Part shown: positions 30,890 through 41,624 of the stretch, in pieces
How the letters are laid out: each line of letters opens with the position of its first letter
Position numbering within the stretch: the stretch's first letter is position 1
Origin: Spirochaetia bacterium
GTDB lineage: Bacteria; Spirochaetota; Spirochaetia; CADAEX01
Direction: 5' to 3'
Assembly (NCBI GenBank): GCA_963662795.1
Contig: OY759746.1
Span: forward strand, 2,304,001 to 2,368,000
Length of the DNA stretch: 64,000 nucleotides
The notes under the pieces: model-generated
The model's database searches: none
Told to the model about the DNA's origin: nothing
Seen by the model: the letters and a program-made list of their open reading frames with translations, nothing else
Translations under genes and position numbers: made by a program

Positions 30890-31693
30890 ATGGGAATATA
30901 TACGGGAGATGCAGCCGCGGACAAAAAAATGTCTTTTTCAAATAAACTGAAATTCTTTTTTGTAATTGCGGCTGTTTTTCTTCTTTCATCCTGCAGCAGG
31001 GAAAGCTATTCATGGGGCTGGTTCATACTTTCCCCTTTCACAGATTCAGGCCAGTCAAATATTGTTTTCCTTTTAAAGGGGATATTGCCTACAGTCGCGG
31101 TTTCGTTTGTATCGCTTGTAATTTCTGTCACGCTGGGTCTTATTGTCATGCTTGCCGGGCTGTCCGGCAGCAGGATCTTAAAGACTTTCAACAGGTTCTG
31201 GGTAGAGTCCTTCAGGTCTGTCCCTGTACTGGTTATGATACTCTGGACATACTACGGGCTTCCTGTCTCTCTCGGGATAAATCTTGATGTTTTCACTTCA
31301 GCTGTAATAGCTCTTTCTCTTTGCGACAGCGCTTTCGAAGCTGAAATATTCAGGGCAGGAATACAGTCAATACCCAAAAGCCAGTACGAAGCTGCAAGTC
31401 TAGACGGGATGAGTGAACTTCAGTCGCTGTATTATGTAATTATGCCGCAGGCTGTTAAAAATATTCTTCCCCCTCTTGTAAACCAGTTCGCGTTCATGCT
31501 CAAGATGTCTTCGATAGCATCTGTTATAGGACTTGCCGAGCTTACCAGGAAAGCGAATGAACTTACGGTGATAGAATACAGGCCTCTTGAGATATATACG
31601 CTTCTTGTCGCTGAATACCTTTTTCTTGTTCTTATTGTCTCATATTTTTCAAGAAAACTTGAAAAATCGCTTTCCGGCAATGCTCTTGACTGA
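30890..31693 (+). CDS. amino-acid ABC transporter permease
   Basis: FRSVPVLV, AEIFRAGIQSI..QYEAA, PQAVKNILPPL.NQF. Confidence 0.92.
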   Translation: MGIYTGDAAADKKMSFSNKLKFFFVIAAVFLLSSCSRESYSWGWFILSPFTDSGQSNIVFLLKGILPTVAVSFVSLVISVTLGLIVMLAGLSGSRILKTFNRFWVESFRSVPVLVMILWTYYGLPVSLGINLDVFTSAVIALSLCDSAFEAEIFRAGIQSIPKSQYEAASLDGMSELQSLYYVIMPQAVKNILPPLVNQFAFMLKMSSIASVIGLAELTRKANELTVIEYRPLEIYTLLVAEYLFLVLIVSYFSRKLEKSLSGNALD

Positions 31694-31753
31694 AATATTT
31701 TATACCGGCCCTTTTTCCTTGACCTGCCGTTCAGTATTCAATATCTTTAATAT

Positions 31754-32650
31754 ATGAAATACAGAAAACTTGGAAGTACAGATATTGAAGTAAGTGTTAT
31801 TGGAGTCGGAACATGGCAGTTCGGCGGCGAGTGGGGCAGGGATTTTTCGCAGAAGGATGTATCATCCATTCTTGCGGCTGCAGGGGATAACGGGATCAAC
31901 CTTATTGATACAGCGGAATGCTACGGAGACCACCTGTCTGAAAAACTGATTGGCGGTTATATAAAAAACTGCAGGGACAAGTGGATAGTGGCTACAAAAT
32001 TCGGCCATCATTTCCACGGTTTTATGGAGAGAACCCGCCATTTCAGGCCTGATGAGGTTGTCAGGCAGCTTGATGATTCGCTTAAAAGCCTTAATACAGA
32101 CTATATCGATATCTACCAGATGCACTCTGCAAAGGATGATGAGTTTCTCACTGATAATGTATGGGAAACTCTTTTAAGGGAAGTTGAAAAAGGGAAAATA
32201 AGGCACCTGGGGATTTCCATAAGCCCGAATACAAACATTTATCAGGTTTCACGCGCTAAAAACCTCGGGGCAGAGACTGTCCAGGTAGTCTATAACAGGC
32301 TTGACAGAAAGGCGGAGGAAGAGGTTTTTCCGCTGTGCGTCAAAGACAATCTCGGGGTCTTAGCGAGAGTACCGCTTGCAAGCGGCGTTTTAAGCGGAAA
32401 ATACGGTGCAGGGCACAAATTTCAGGGAAATGACTGGCGGGCTGCAAATTCGGATGATGAAAACAGGAAGAATCTGCTTGAAGCTGAAAAGATCAGGAGG
32501 GAGGAAGTTCCGGAAGGAGTTAACATGGCCTCCTGGGCCCTTGCATGGTGCCTTAAAAACCCTGCCGTTACGGCGGTTATTCCGGGAAGCAAGTCGCCTG
32601 AGCAGGCCGCATCAAACGCGGCGGCATCTGATTTGATAGAAAATATTTAA
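31754..32650 (+). CDS. aldo/keto reductase
   Basis: IDTAECYG, VATKFG, SLKSLNTDYIDIYQMH, GKIRHLGIS, IPGSKS. Confidence 0.93.
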   Translation: MKYRKLGSTDIEVSVIGVGTWQFGGEWGRDFSQKDVSSILAAAGDNGINLIDTAECYGDHLSEKLIGGYIKNCRDKWIVATKFGHHFHGFMERTRHFRPDEVVRQLDDSLKSLNTDYIDIYQMHSAKDDEFLTDNVWETLLREVEKGKIRHLGISISPNTNIYQVSRAKNLGAETVQVVYNRLDRKAEEEVFPLCVKDNLGVLARVPLASGVLSGKYGAGHKFQGNDWRAANSDDENRKNLLEAEKIRREEVPEGVNMASWALAWCLKNPAVTAVIPGSKSPEQAASNAAASDLIENI

Positions 32651-32659
32651 AAATAATAA

Positions 32660-34277
32660 TCAATCTGATGCCTGTTTATTTTGACTGCTGATCAGTTCCT
32701 GTATCACAGTTGCCATATTTTTAGTGTTGAACGGTTTCTGGATAAATTTAACATTTTTATCCAGTATGCCTTTCTGTTCAATGGTCTCTGAACTATACCC
32801 TGACATATATAAAACTTTGGCTGAAGGGTGTGATTTAAGTATTATTCCGGCCATATCCCTGCTGTTCATTTCAGGCATGAATACATCAGTAAGCAGCAAA
32901 TGTATTATTCCGTTATGCTTTTCGGCAATTTCAATTGCCTTCCCAGGTTTTGATGAGGAGAGTACTGTATAGCCAAAATTAATTAGTACCTGTTTTAGTA
33001 ATGATAAAACAGCAGTGTCATCATCGACAACAAGTATAGTCTCCCTGTTGGTTTTTTTTGTCATTTTACTTTCATCTGTTTTTAAAACTTCATAATTGCC
33101 TGTATAACGCGGCAGAAATATTTTAAAAGTTGTACCGGTTCCAGGTCCGCTGTAAACATTGACAAATCCTTTATTCTGTTTTGCAATGACGTAAACAGTT
33201 GCAAGATCCAGGCCGATGCCTTTGGTGAATTCTTTGTAGTAGAAAAAGGTTCAAAGATATTAACGAGTAAAGATTTATCCATTCCAGGACCGTTGCCGCT
33301 TACTGAAATAAGTACAAATTCACCCGGATGTGTCGGGCTTTTTCATTGACAGCTGGGCATAATTGAGGGTTACAGTGAGAATATTGTTAAAATCATGAGC
33401 GACTCTTCCTGCGAGATGTCCAGGAGATTGTATTTTTTGTGCCTGACGCAATTGCTCCTCGAGTTTTATATGCTCCGTTATGTTCCGTTTGACAGCCGCA
33501 TTGTTTACGATTCTCCCTGCATCATCCCACACAGGAAAGATTGCGGCTTCTTAGGTATATAACGAACTGTCTTTGCTCCTGTTAATTATTTTTCCCTTGA
33601 ACATCTTTCCCCCTGAAATGGTTTTCCATAAATTATTGTAGAAAGATTCATCCTGCATACTGCTTTTTAAAATGCGGATAATTTATTTCCTTATATGTGT
33701 GGCCAGTGATATCTGACTCAGGCAGGCCAAGAAGATCAGCTGCCGCACTATTAACCCGGGATATAATACTGGTTTCAGTATCGATTAACACAAGTCCAGC
33801 AGGATTTATCTCAAAAAATGTTGAGAGAAGTTCTTCATATTATTTCAGAATGATCTCCGCCAACTGGTGTGCTTTCTTTTCTTTAATTTGTTCGATTGCC
33901 TGTCTAATCGCGGAGGGAAGTCTTGCAAGTTTGTCCTTCATGATATAATCAACTGCACCCTGCTTTATCAGATCGATTGCCGTCTCTTGCCCGATTGTTC
34001 CTGATACAACTATAAATAATGGTATATCAGGACATATCTCAAGTGATTTTTTCAGGACCGCATACCTGTCATATCCGGGTAGTCTGAAATCAGCAAGAAC
34101 AATATCCTATGTGTTTTTGCTGAGTGCAGTGATAAAATCCTGTTCTTTATCAACTCTGTCAATAATTAAATTATATCCGGCATTAAGAAGTGAAGACTTG
34201 ATGATTTCAAAATCATATAAAGAATCCTCAAAAAATATGACGTTTAAATTTGTTCCCGGTATTGTTTTTTCGATCAT
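32660..34277 (-). pseudogene. fragmented hybrid histidine kinase (REC-PAS-PAS-HisKA-HATPase-REC)
   Basis: REC pieces (DIVLADF, GAVDYIMK), LAGRVAHDFNNIL, IFEPFSTTK and C-terminal receiver ORF 32660-33064, separated by stops and frameshifts. Confidence 0.8.
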
Positions 34278-34320
34278 ATATCTTCTTTTTTAATTAAGGC
34301 AGTTCATTAACAGGCACCCG

Positions 34321-35095
34321 GAATATACCCGGTTTTGTAGACATTTTATAATCCACTTATTTTGTTCTCAAAGTCAACAGGACTGACGTTTCCAATATGC
34401 CTGTGTCTACGTTTTCTGTTATAGAATATCTCAATGTCTTCAAATATTTCTCTTCTTGCTTCATCTCTGGTTTTATATATCTTTTTTCTGATCTTCTCTT
34501 TTTTAAGACTGCTGAAAAAAGACTCAACAGCGGCATTATACTACAGGCAGGCTTTGTACTCATAGCAATTTACCGCGTCTGGACATCCTTGCATGTTACT
34601 GACGGTTTACCGTATATAAACTTTCTTGTTTCATATCTACTTTTTGCTTTAATACCGTTATTACTCATGAGTTTAGCAACACGATTGAGACCGCAGTATT
34701 CTCCGTTTTCTCTTAAATCATTATATATTCTGTAACTACCATATATATAATCACTGCTTATCCGGTACTCTTTGATTTTTTCAAGTAATCTCAAGTCATT
34801 TTTTTCTTTATCTGATACCGGTTTCTTAAGCCATGCGTAATATCCGTTTCTTTGAAGACACAGTACTTTACACATTGTTTTTACTTTAAAGTTCATCCGA
34901 TTTTCTTTTATAAAGGCGTATCTTTTTCAGATTCTCTTGCAAAGTAAGTACGCCGCGGATTTTTTTAGTATGTCACGCTCTTCCTGAATCCGTTTTATTT
35001 CGCGTTTTAATTTAAGGTTTTCATTTTGCAGTTCTTCTACCTGCCTGTTCTTTTTAGAGTCTTTTGCCCTTGAATATTTTTACTTATTTATAAAT
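34321..35095 (-). mobile_element. IS3-family remnant with internal deletion
   Basis: OrfA end (ERDILKK), OrfB HTH (YGSYRI...RVAKLM), C-terminus (AVESFF.SLKKE..FYNRKRRH), right-end-like TGTCTACAAAACCGGG. Confidence 0.8.
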
Positions 35096-35108
35096 ATTTT
35101 AAAAGCCT

Positions 35109-36533
35109 CTACTGTTTTCGGCTCAAATTGTTTTCTGATAGTGAATCAATATAATCAAGGACTTTTTCTTTTGGCCATTTATCGCGATATGGTCGATCAG
35201 ACGTGAGTGCATCCCAAACATCGATAATTGCAAATAATCGTGCAGATAACGGAATCTGATCTTGTTTTAATCCTCTTGGGTAACCTGTTCCGTCCCATTT
35301 TTCGTGATGGCAATATGGTATGTCCAGAGCTGGTCTCAGGTATTTTATCGGGTGTAATAATTCATATGCATATGTCGGGTGCTTTTTGATTATATTAAAT
35401 TCTTCCTCTGTGAGTTTTCCCGGTTTTAGCAATATAGCATCAGGTACTCCCATTTTCCCTATATCGTGTAAAAGTGCACCATATTTAATGTATATCATCT
35501 CAGATTCAGAAAAATCAAATTTATAGGCTAAATTGCAGGTCAATTCAGTTACACGTAAAGTATGCCCTTCTGTTTCTTTATCTCTTAAATCCAAAGCGCG
35601 GGACCAGCCTTCTATGGTAGAATCATAAGCTAATTGCAATTCAATATTTGTTCTATTTAAATTATTCAATAAGATATTGTTTTCGACAGCCATTGCTGCC
35701 TGACCGACAAGAGCTTCAAGAAAATCAATCCAGTCACTACTTGGTTTTAACAATGACCGATGAAAAATATCAACTACGCCAATTATTATACCTTTTGCAA
35801 TTAAGGGAAGTACATAATATGACACAAACCCTTCATGCTGTATTAAAGGATATCTGATGAAGTCGTCTTTAATAGTTTTTAAGTCATCAATAAAAAAGGA
35901 TTTTTGCTCTAAAGCAGCCATTCCTGCATAACCTTCTCCGATATGAAGTTTTGCTTTTTCAATTCCATTGGAAAGAAAACCATATCCAATATAATACTCC
36001 AGCATTCTTGTGTTGTTGTTTAATAAAAGAATATCGGCAGCGTCAATATTTAATTGAAACGACAACTCCCGAAGAACTGTTTTTAATGCAATTTTTAAGT
36101 CAGTAGACCCGAGTATGGCAAGATCAATTTCCCTCAAGGCCTGGAGTTTTTTGAGATTTTTTTGAAGTTCTTGATTGGCCAATATTTGCCCAGTGATATC
36201 GCTAGATAAAACAAATATACCTTCCGGTATGGATTCGATACTCAATTCAAACCAGCCATTCGATCCATCCGGATAAATAAATTCATTTGTTATTTTTGCG
36301 TTTGTTTGATTATCCATGCAGGTTTTTAGAGTTTTAAACATTTCGGTATTTTCAATTCCAGGATAAAGTTCAATCATGGAATGACTTAATAGTTCTTCTT
36401 TGTTTTTTTTACTTTGTTTAATAACAATATCATTTACGTATAAATAATTTCAGTTAAAATCAATAATCTGACAACCTTCAAATAACTTATCAAAAACAGA
36501 AAAACAATTATTCTCGTATTTATTGTTTTGCAC
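35109..36533 (-). pseudogene. PAS-GAF-HD-GYP phosphodiesterase, damaged
   Basis: TEGHTLRV, LHDIGK, HHEKWDGTGYP; in-frame TGA at 36450-36452; 3' end truncated next to the IS3 relic. Confidence 0.8.
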
Positions 36534-36735
36534 TTTTAGCCTCACAATGTATAATTTTTAAATATAAATCTCATTAAAATTGCAAGTTAAAAGAATCCTG
36601 TTGAATAAATAAAGTGCTATTCAACCAAAGCAGGTGCAAAGACAATTTAAAGTGTGTCGAGTACATGAGATCATAATAATATCTTACCTCAAATATATTA
36701 GAAAAGCAAATTATAATGTTTTTTGAACTGAACAG

Positions 36736-37682
36736 TTAAAAGAGAAGGTCCCCCCCCGCTGCCCATAATCAAAGAAAATGAGTAGCATGGAATTACGACA
36801 AACCAAAAAAGGAGGAACCTATGCATACATATTACCAGCTATACAAAAACTGTAAGAAAATGGCTTCGAAGATTTGAAAAAGAAAAAAAAGGAGACCTCA
36901 AAGACAGATCAAAACGCCCAAAAAAAATTCCAAATGAAATAAAGCTATTCTGGTATTTTAAAATCGTAGATATCTGTAAAGAGGCCAAAAATAGTAACAA
37001 AAGAATAAATGCTGCCATGATAAAAAGAAAGCACAACATACCATACAGCAAGAATACAATTCTAAAAGTCATGAGAGAGATTGATTTCCTGCCCCCAGAA
37101 GAGAAAAAAACATCAGAGAAAGCGGGATTTAAGGGAAATAAAGGCTAAAATGAAACCTTTTGAAAAAGTGCAGGTTGATATCAAATATCTTGATGATATT
37201 CCTGAAATGTATGGTTCATATATTGTTCATAAGCTTTCCGGATATCAAATAACAGCCAGAGACGTAAGTACAGGAGCATTGTTTTACTCATATGCCATAG
37301 AAAAGAACTCAACCAATACAACAATGTTTATTCTTGAGTTAAAAGAGCATCTGGAAAGAAATGGCAGAGAGATGTTGAAACATCTCACCGACTGATTGAG
37401 GATGAGCTTTATGCCTGTGAAACATTTTCATCAAAGAACAATTTCTTCGAAAAAGCAGTTGTTTACCAAAAGTTCTTTAATGCAGGACGCAATAATTCGT
37501 ACAAAGGTGTGACTCCAAAAGAATTATTGCTCGAGAGAGCAGTTAACATTAACCCGGGTGTATTGATTTTTAAACCAGTTCTGATTGATACGTATTACAG
37601 AAAATATAAAGATATTTTTAAGAATTTAAGTGACGAGAATATTGTTTCATGATTTATTGGGGGGGGGAACCTTCTCTTTTAA
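36736..37682 (+). mobile_element. IS481-like/ISNCY element with degraded transposase
   Basis: 22-bp terminal IR TTAAAAGAGAAGGT(C/T)CCCCCCC; frameshifted HTH (TVRKWLRRF..L.DRSKRP) and rve-like VQVDIKYL, YQITARD. Confidence 0.72.
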
Positions 37683-37813
37683 TATCCCATAATGTTTTTA
37701 AGATATTCCACCAAATAATCCGGAAAAGACTCATCGACAACACTGAATTGAAAATAAATGATTTTAAAATTCTTGCAGTCTGTATATATAGGATGTAATA
37801 TTAAATAAGAACT

Positions 37814-40102
37814 ATGGAAAATGCAGAACAGGATAATTTCTATAAAATAGTAGAAGGGGCTCCGGACCCCATTTTTATTCAATCAGATCTTAAATTTGCG
37901 TATTTAAATACTGCGGCATGTCATTTATTTGGAATAAAATCGCCTGATGAGCTGCTGGGCACACCGGTTATGGATCGTTTTCATCCTGATTATCATGATT
38001 TAATCAAAAACAGGATTTATAATCTTAATGAGAAAAAAAAACCTGTAAAAGATTTACTTGAGCAAAGATTTATCCGCATTGATGGCAGTGAGGTGTGGGT
38101 AGAAACTACCGGTGAGCCAATACTCTATAACGGTAAAAACAGCGCGCTGGTTTTTGTGCGCAATATAACTGAAAGAAAAGCTGCTGAAGAAGCGCTGAAA
38201 AACAGTGAACACCAGTTTCATTTATTGGCTGAAGCTGCCACGATTGGCGTTGCAATATCAGATTATGATGGAAATAATATTTACACCAATCAGCATTTAA
38301 CCAGGCTTTTTGGTTATGATATGAAAGATATTCCGACAATAGAACATTGGTGGCCTCTTGCTTACCCGGACGAAGAGCAAAGGGAAAAAATAAAATCGGA
38401 ATGGTTAAATTCAGTCAACAAGGCAGTTTCAACAAATTCCAGTATTGAGCCTGATGAGCAGCTAGTAACCTGTAAAGACGGTACAAAGAAATACATTGAA
38501 TTCAGAACTTCTGTCACTGATAAATTAATTTTCGTTATCATTATTGATTTGACGGAACGGAAAAAAGCAGAAGAATCATTAAGAAAAAGCGAAGAGCGAT
38601 ATAGAAATACACTTGATAATATGATTGAAGGGTGCCAGATCATTGGTTTTGACTGGCGGTATATTTATATAAATGATGCTGCCCAGCGGCATAACAGGCG
38701 GCCAAAGGAAGAATTACTCGGGAAAAGATACATGGATGTCTGGCCGGGTATTGAAAACACAGAGGTCTTTAATAAAATCCGGTTATGTCTGACTGAACGC
38801 ACCTCTTTCAGAATGGAGAATCTCTTTATATTTCCAGATGGCACAGAGGGGTGGTTTGTTCTGGTTATTCAGCCGGTTAATGAAGGTGTTTTTATCCTTT
38901 CGATTGACATTACCGGAAGAAAAGAAGCAGAAAAAGAGAAGGATAAACTTCAGGAGCAGTTACTGCAATCCCAGAAGATTGAATCGGTTGGCAGACTGGC
39001 CGGAGGCGTCGCACACGATTTTAATAACATGTTAAGTGTAATTAAGGGATATTCAGAATTAGTAATGGAACAATTAGGTACAAAACACGAAATATATCAG
39101 GATATTAAGGAAATTCTGGATGCTGCCAACCGTTCCGCAGATATTACAAAACAATTATTGGCTTTTGCCAGAAAGCAGAATATTGCACCAGTTACATTGG
39201 ATGTCAACAGCAGCATAACAAAAATACTGAAAATGCTGCAGCGCCTGATAGGTGAAGATATTGATCTGGCATGGATTCCACAGGAAGGATTGTGGCCTGT
39301 GAAAATTGATCCGTCTCAAATAGATCAAATAATGGCAAATCTGTGTGTAAATGCAAGAGATGCTATTGAAGGTGTGGGTAAAATAACGATAGAAACCCAT
39401 AATGTTACTTTTGATGAGCAATACTGCGCAGACCATTACGGGTTTTTACCCGGTGACTATGTTATGCTTGCTGTAAGCGATGATGGCTTAGGTATGGATA
39501 AGGAAACACTTAAACTTATTTTTGATCCTTTTTTTACCACAAAAAATCCTGGTAGCGGGACCGGACTGGGATTGTCAACGGTATATGGAATTTTAAAGCA
39601 AAATAACGGATTTATTAATGTATACAGTGAATCTGGAAAAGGTGCGACATTCAAATTATATTTACCCCGCGAAACCGGTGAGGGAAAAATTAAAGAATTT
39701 GATGATTCCGCTGTTCCGCCTCGGGGTGCCGGTGAAACTATCCTGATTGTTGAAGATGAAAAAGCCATAAGAGATTTGACCGGGAAAGTGTTGGAAAATC
39801 ATGGGTATAATGTGCTGACAGCAGAAACGCCAACCAAAGCATTGCAATTGGCAAAAAAGCATTCAGGTGTGATTCATCTTCTTGTAACCGATGTTGTAAT
39901 GCCGGAAATGAATGGCCGGGAACTGGCTAAAAAGATTGAAAATTTCTATCCTGATATTAAGGTACTGTTTATGTCAGGATATACTTCAAATGTTATTGTG
40001 CACAGAGGTGTTCTTGATGATGGCGTCAATTTTCTGCCGAAGCCCTTCTCTCACAAAGATTTAACACAGAAGGTCTATAAAGCTTTATATATTGGTAAGT
40101 AA
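37814..40102 (+). CDS. hybrid sensor histidine kinase (3 PAS, HisKA, HATPase, REC)
   Basis: LAGGVAHDFNNML, NLCVNARDA, FDPFFTTK..G.GTGLGL, LLVTDVVMP, KPF. Confidence 0.95.
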   Translation: MENAEQDNFYKIVEGAPDPIFIQSDLKFAYLNTAACHLFGIKSPDELLGTPVMDRFHPDYHDLIKNRIYNLNEKKKPVKDLLEQRFIRIDGSEVWVETTGEPILYNGKNSALVFVRNITERKAAEEALKNSEHQFHLLAEAATIGVAISDYDGNNIYTNQHLTRLFGYDMKDIPTIEHWWPLAYPDEEQREKIKSEWLNSVNKAVSTNSSIEPDEQLVTCKDGTKKYIEFRTSVTDKLIFVIIIDLTERKKAEESLRKSEERYRNTLDNMIEGCQIIGFDWRYIYINDAAQRHNRRPKEELLGKRYMDVWPGIENTEVFNKIRLCLTERTSFRMENLFIFPDGTEGWFVLVIQPVNEGVFILSIDITGRKEAEKEKDKLQEQLLQSQKIESVGRLAGGVAHDFNNMLSVIKGYSELVMEQLGTKHEIYQDIKEILDAANRSADITKQLLAFARKQNIAPVTLDVNSSITKILKMLQRLIGEDIDLAWIPQEGLWPVKIDPSQIDQIMANLCVNARDAIEGVGKITIETHNVTFDEQYCADHYGFLPGDYVMLAVSDDGLGMDKETLKLIFDPFFTTKNPGSGTGLGLSTVYGILKQNNGFINVYSESGKGATFKLYLPRETGEGKIKEFDDSAVPPRGAGETILIVEDEKAIRDLTGKVLENHGYNVLTAETPTKALQLAKKHSGVIHLLVTDVVMPEMNGRELAKKIENFYPDIKVLFMSGYTSNVIVHRGVLDDGVNFLPKPFSHKDLTQKVYKALYIGK

Positions 40103-40226
40103 AATTACAATTTCCGAAAAGATATAATTGACCGTAAGCGTCAATTATACAGGCAATATCTGTTTACCGGTTTTTGTGGTTCTTTAAACCTTTGATCCGT
40201 CCACGAGTGGCGGATGATGACTCTCT

Positions 40227-40334
40227 TCAATCTTTATATTCACGAAAGCTTTCTTCATCGACAAAAATATAATTAAAATGTATATCCTTTTGAACACTGT
40301 TAATATCCTCACACCATTGATTCAATCGCTTCAT
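40227..40334 (-). pseudogene. C-terminal fragment resembling a type III restriction (Res) subunit
   Basis: MKRLNQWCEDINSVQKDIHFNYIFVDEESFREYK resembles, from memory, the RL.QWCEDIN...FVDEESF tail of Res proteins. Confidence 0.55.
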
Positions 40335-40552
40335 TATAGAAACAATTATTAACAATATAGTTTTCTTCAGGAATTACTTGAACTCTTATAAGATTTGGAG
40401 ACGATTTAATACTCTCTGCTAAAAGATTAGCTTTTTTGCTATTTGGTCTCGGTATTTTTTTGGTAATGGATCTATCATCTATCTATAACCGCCCATCCTT
40501 CTCCCGCCATGAATGGCGGGAGTCATTTAAAAATATTCTGTAAAAATCTTGC

Positions 40553-40724
40553 CTTTAACGTCCCGAGGATAAGCGACGCATTGTAGACCAAGATTGATTA
40601 ACATAAAGTTGTAATTTGTTTCTTTTAAAACTTGTTGTTTCTAAAAGTTGTAGTTCAAAACCTACGATGTGCGGCGAAGTCCAAGCGAGATACTTCGAGC
40701 GTAGCGCTTGAACCGCTGTTATCC
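40553..40724 (-). mobile_element. solitary integron attC-like site
   Basis: minus strand: GGATAAC-AGCG-GTTCAAGCG ... CGCTTATC-CTCGGGAC-GTTAAAG (R''/L''/L'/R' order), just downstream of a minus-strand gene. Confidence 0.65.
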
Positions 40725-40795
40725 ACCAGTGCCCCCACTTCTTGTCCAGGCCGCACGGCGGACGCTTGCGAGAGGCTGGACTAACATATTTTTTA

Positions 40796-41578
40796 TTATA
40801 ATAGTCCTATACACTTTAAATATGTAATCGCTTGCGTAATGTTTTTAGATGAAGTTTTCTGTAATACATGCTGTCGGTGGTTATTGACTGTATTTAAACT
40901 TATACATAATTTGTCTGATATAGTCTTACTGTCAAACCCCTGTGAAATTAATTCTATAATTTCTTTTTCCCTGTTAGTTATAAGAAAAGTTTTAATATTA
41001 GATTCCTCATTGAAAAGACATATTTTTTTATTTTTTGTATTTATTAAAAACCGTCGTGGTTTTTCTTTATCTGGATATGTTGAAATAACATCAGATATGA
41101 TTAACATAATCCATGAGTTATAGAACTTATCAAGCTCATATAGCATTAACTGATGAAGAAAGCGAATATACAATCCACTTTTACTTTGAACCCTGTAATC
41201 ATAGACAAGCTTGTAGTCTTTTTTTTCGCCGCTTTGAATAGATTTTAAAAAATTATACATTTTTATTTCTGAATCATATAATATTTCTACATCATCCGGG
41301 TGAATCATTAAGTGATAATTATCAACATTGTTAACATCAATATTATCTTTACTGGTATATCCCAGCAACTCTATGTGCTTATCTACTTTTAATAAAAACT
41401 CTTTTCTGTTTAAATCATAAATGGAAATTGCTCTGTTTTCTATATCTGCTAGATTTTTCAGACTTACTAATTTTTGCTCTAATTTTTTATAATCAGTATC
41501 ATCAACAAAGCAGTGAAGAGATTGTTTAAGTTTTTCATATTCTTGTTTTATTCCCATAAAATGATGATTTCTAACCAT
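40796..41578 (-). CDS. PAS-fold LuxR-family transcriptional regulator
   Basis: MIHPDD, YDYRV PAS-like part; ITNREKEII.LI.QG..SK.I..KL.IS.NTVNNHR; true start likely 41578 or 41557, not 41707. Confidence 0.88.
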   Translation of the reverse strand: MVRNHHFMGIKQEYEKLKQSLHCFVDDTDYKKLEQKLVSLKNLADIENRAISIYDLNRKEFLLKVDKHIELLGYTSKDNIDVNNVDNYHLMIHPDDVEILYDSEIKMYNFLKSIQSGEKKDYKLVYDYRVQSKSGLYIRFLHQLMLYELDKFYNSWIMLIISDVISTYPDKEKPRRFLINTKNKKICLFNEESNIKTFLITNREKEIIELISQGFDSKTISDKLCISLNTVNNHRQHVLQKTSSKNITQAITYLKCIGLL

Positions 41579-41624
41579 ATAATTTATTATAAATAATAAA
41601 TATTCTTTTTTAAGGATATTTACA

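Noticed and set aside
36450-36452. In-frame TGA at a conserved Trp position, suggesting recoding
   Set aside because: Neighbouring genes use TGG for Trp and TGA as stop, and the region is full of pseudogenes; this is a nonsense mutation.
40670-40678. TGCGGCGAA matching the tRNA-Leu 3' end, as a candidate att site
   Set aside because: Only 9 bp and inside the attC-like element; too short to support.
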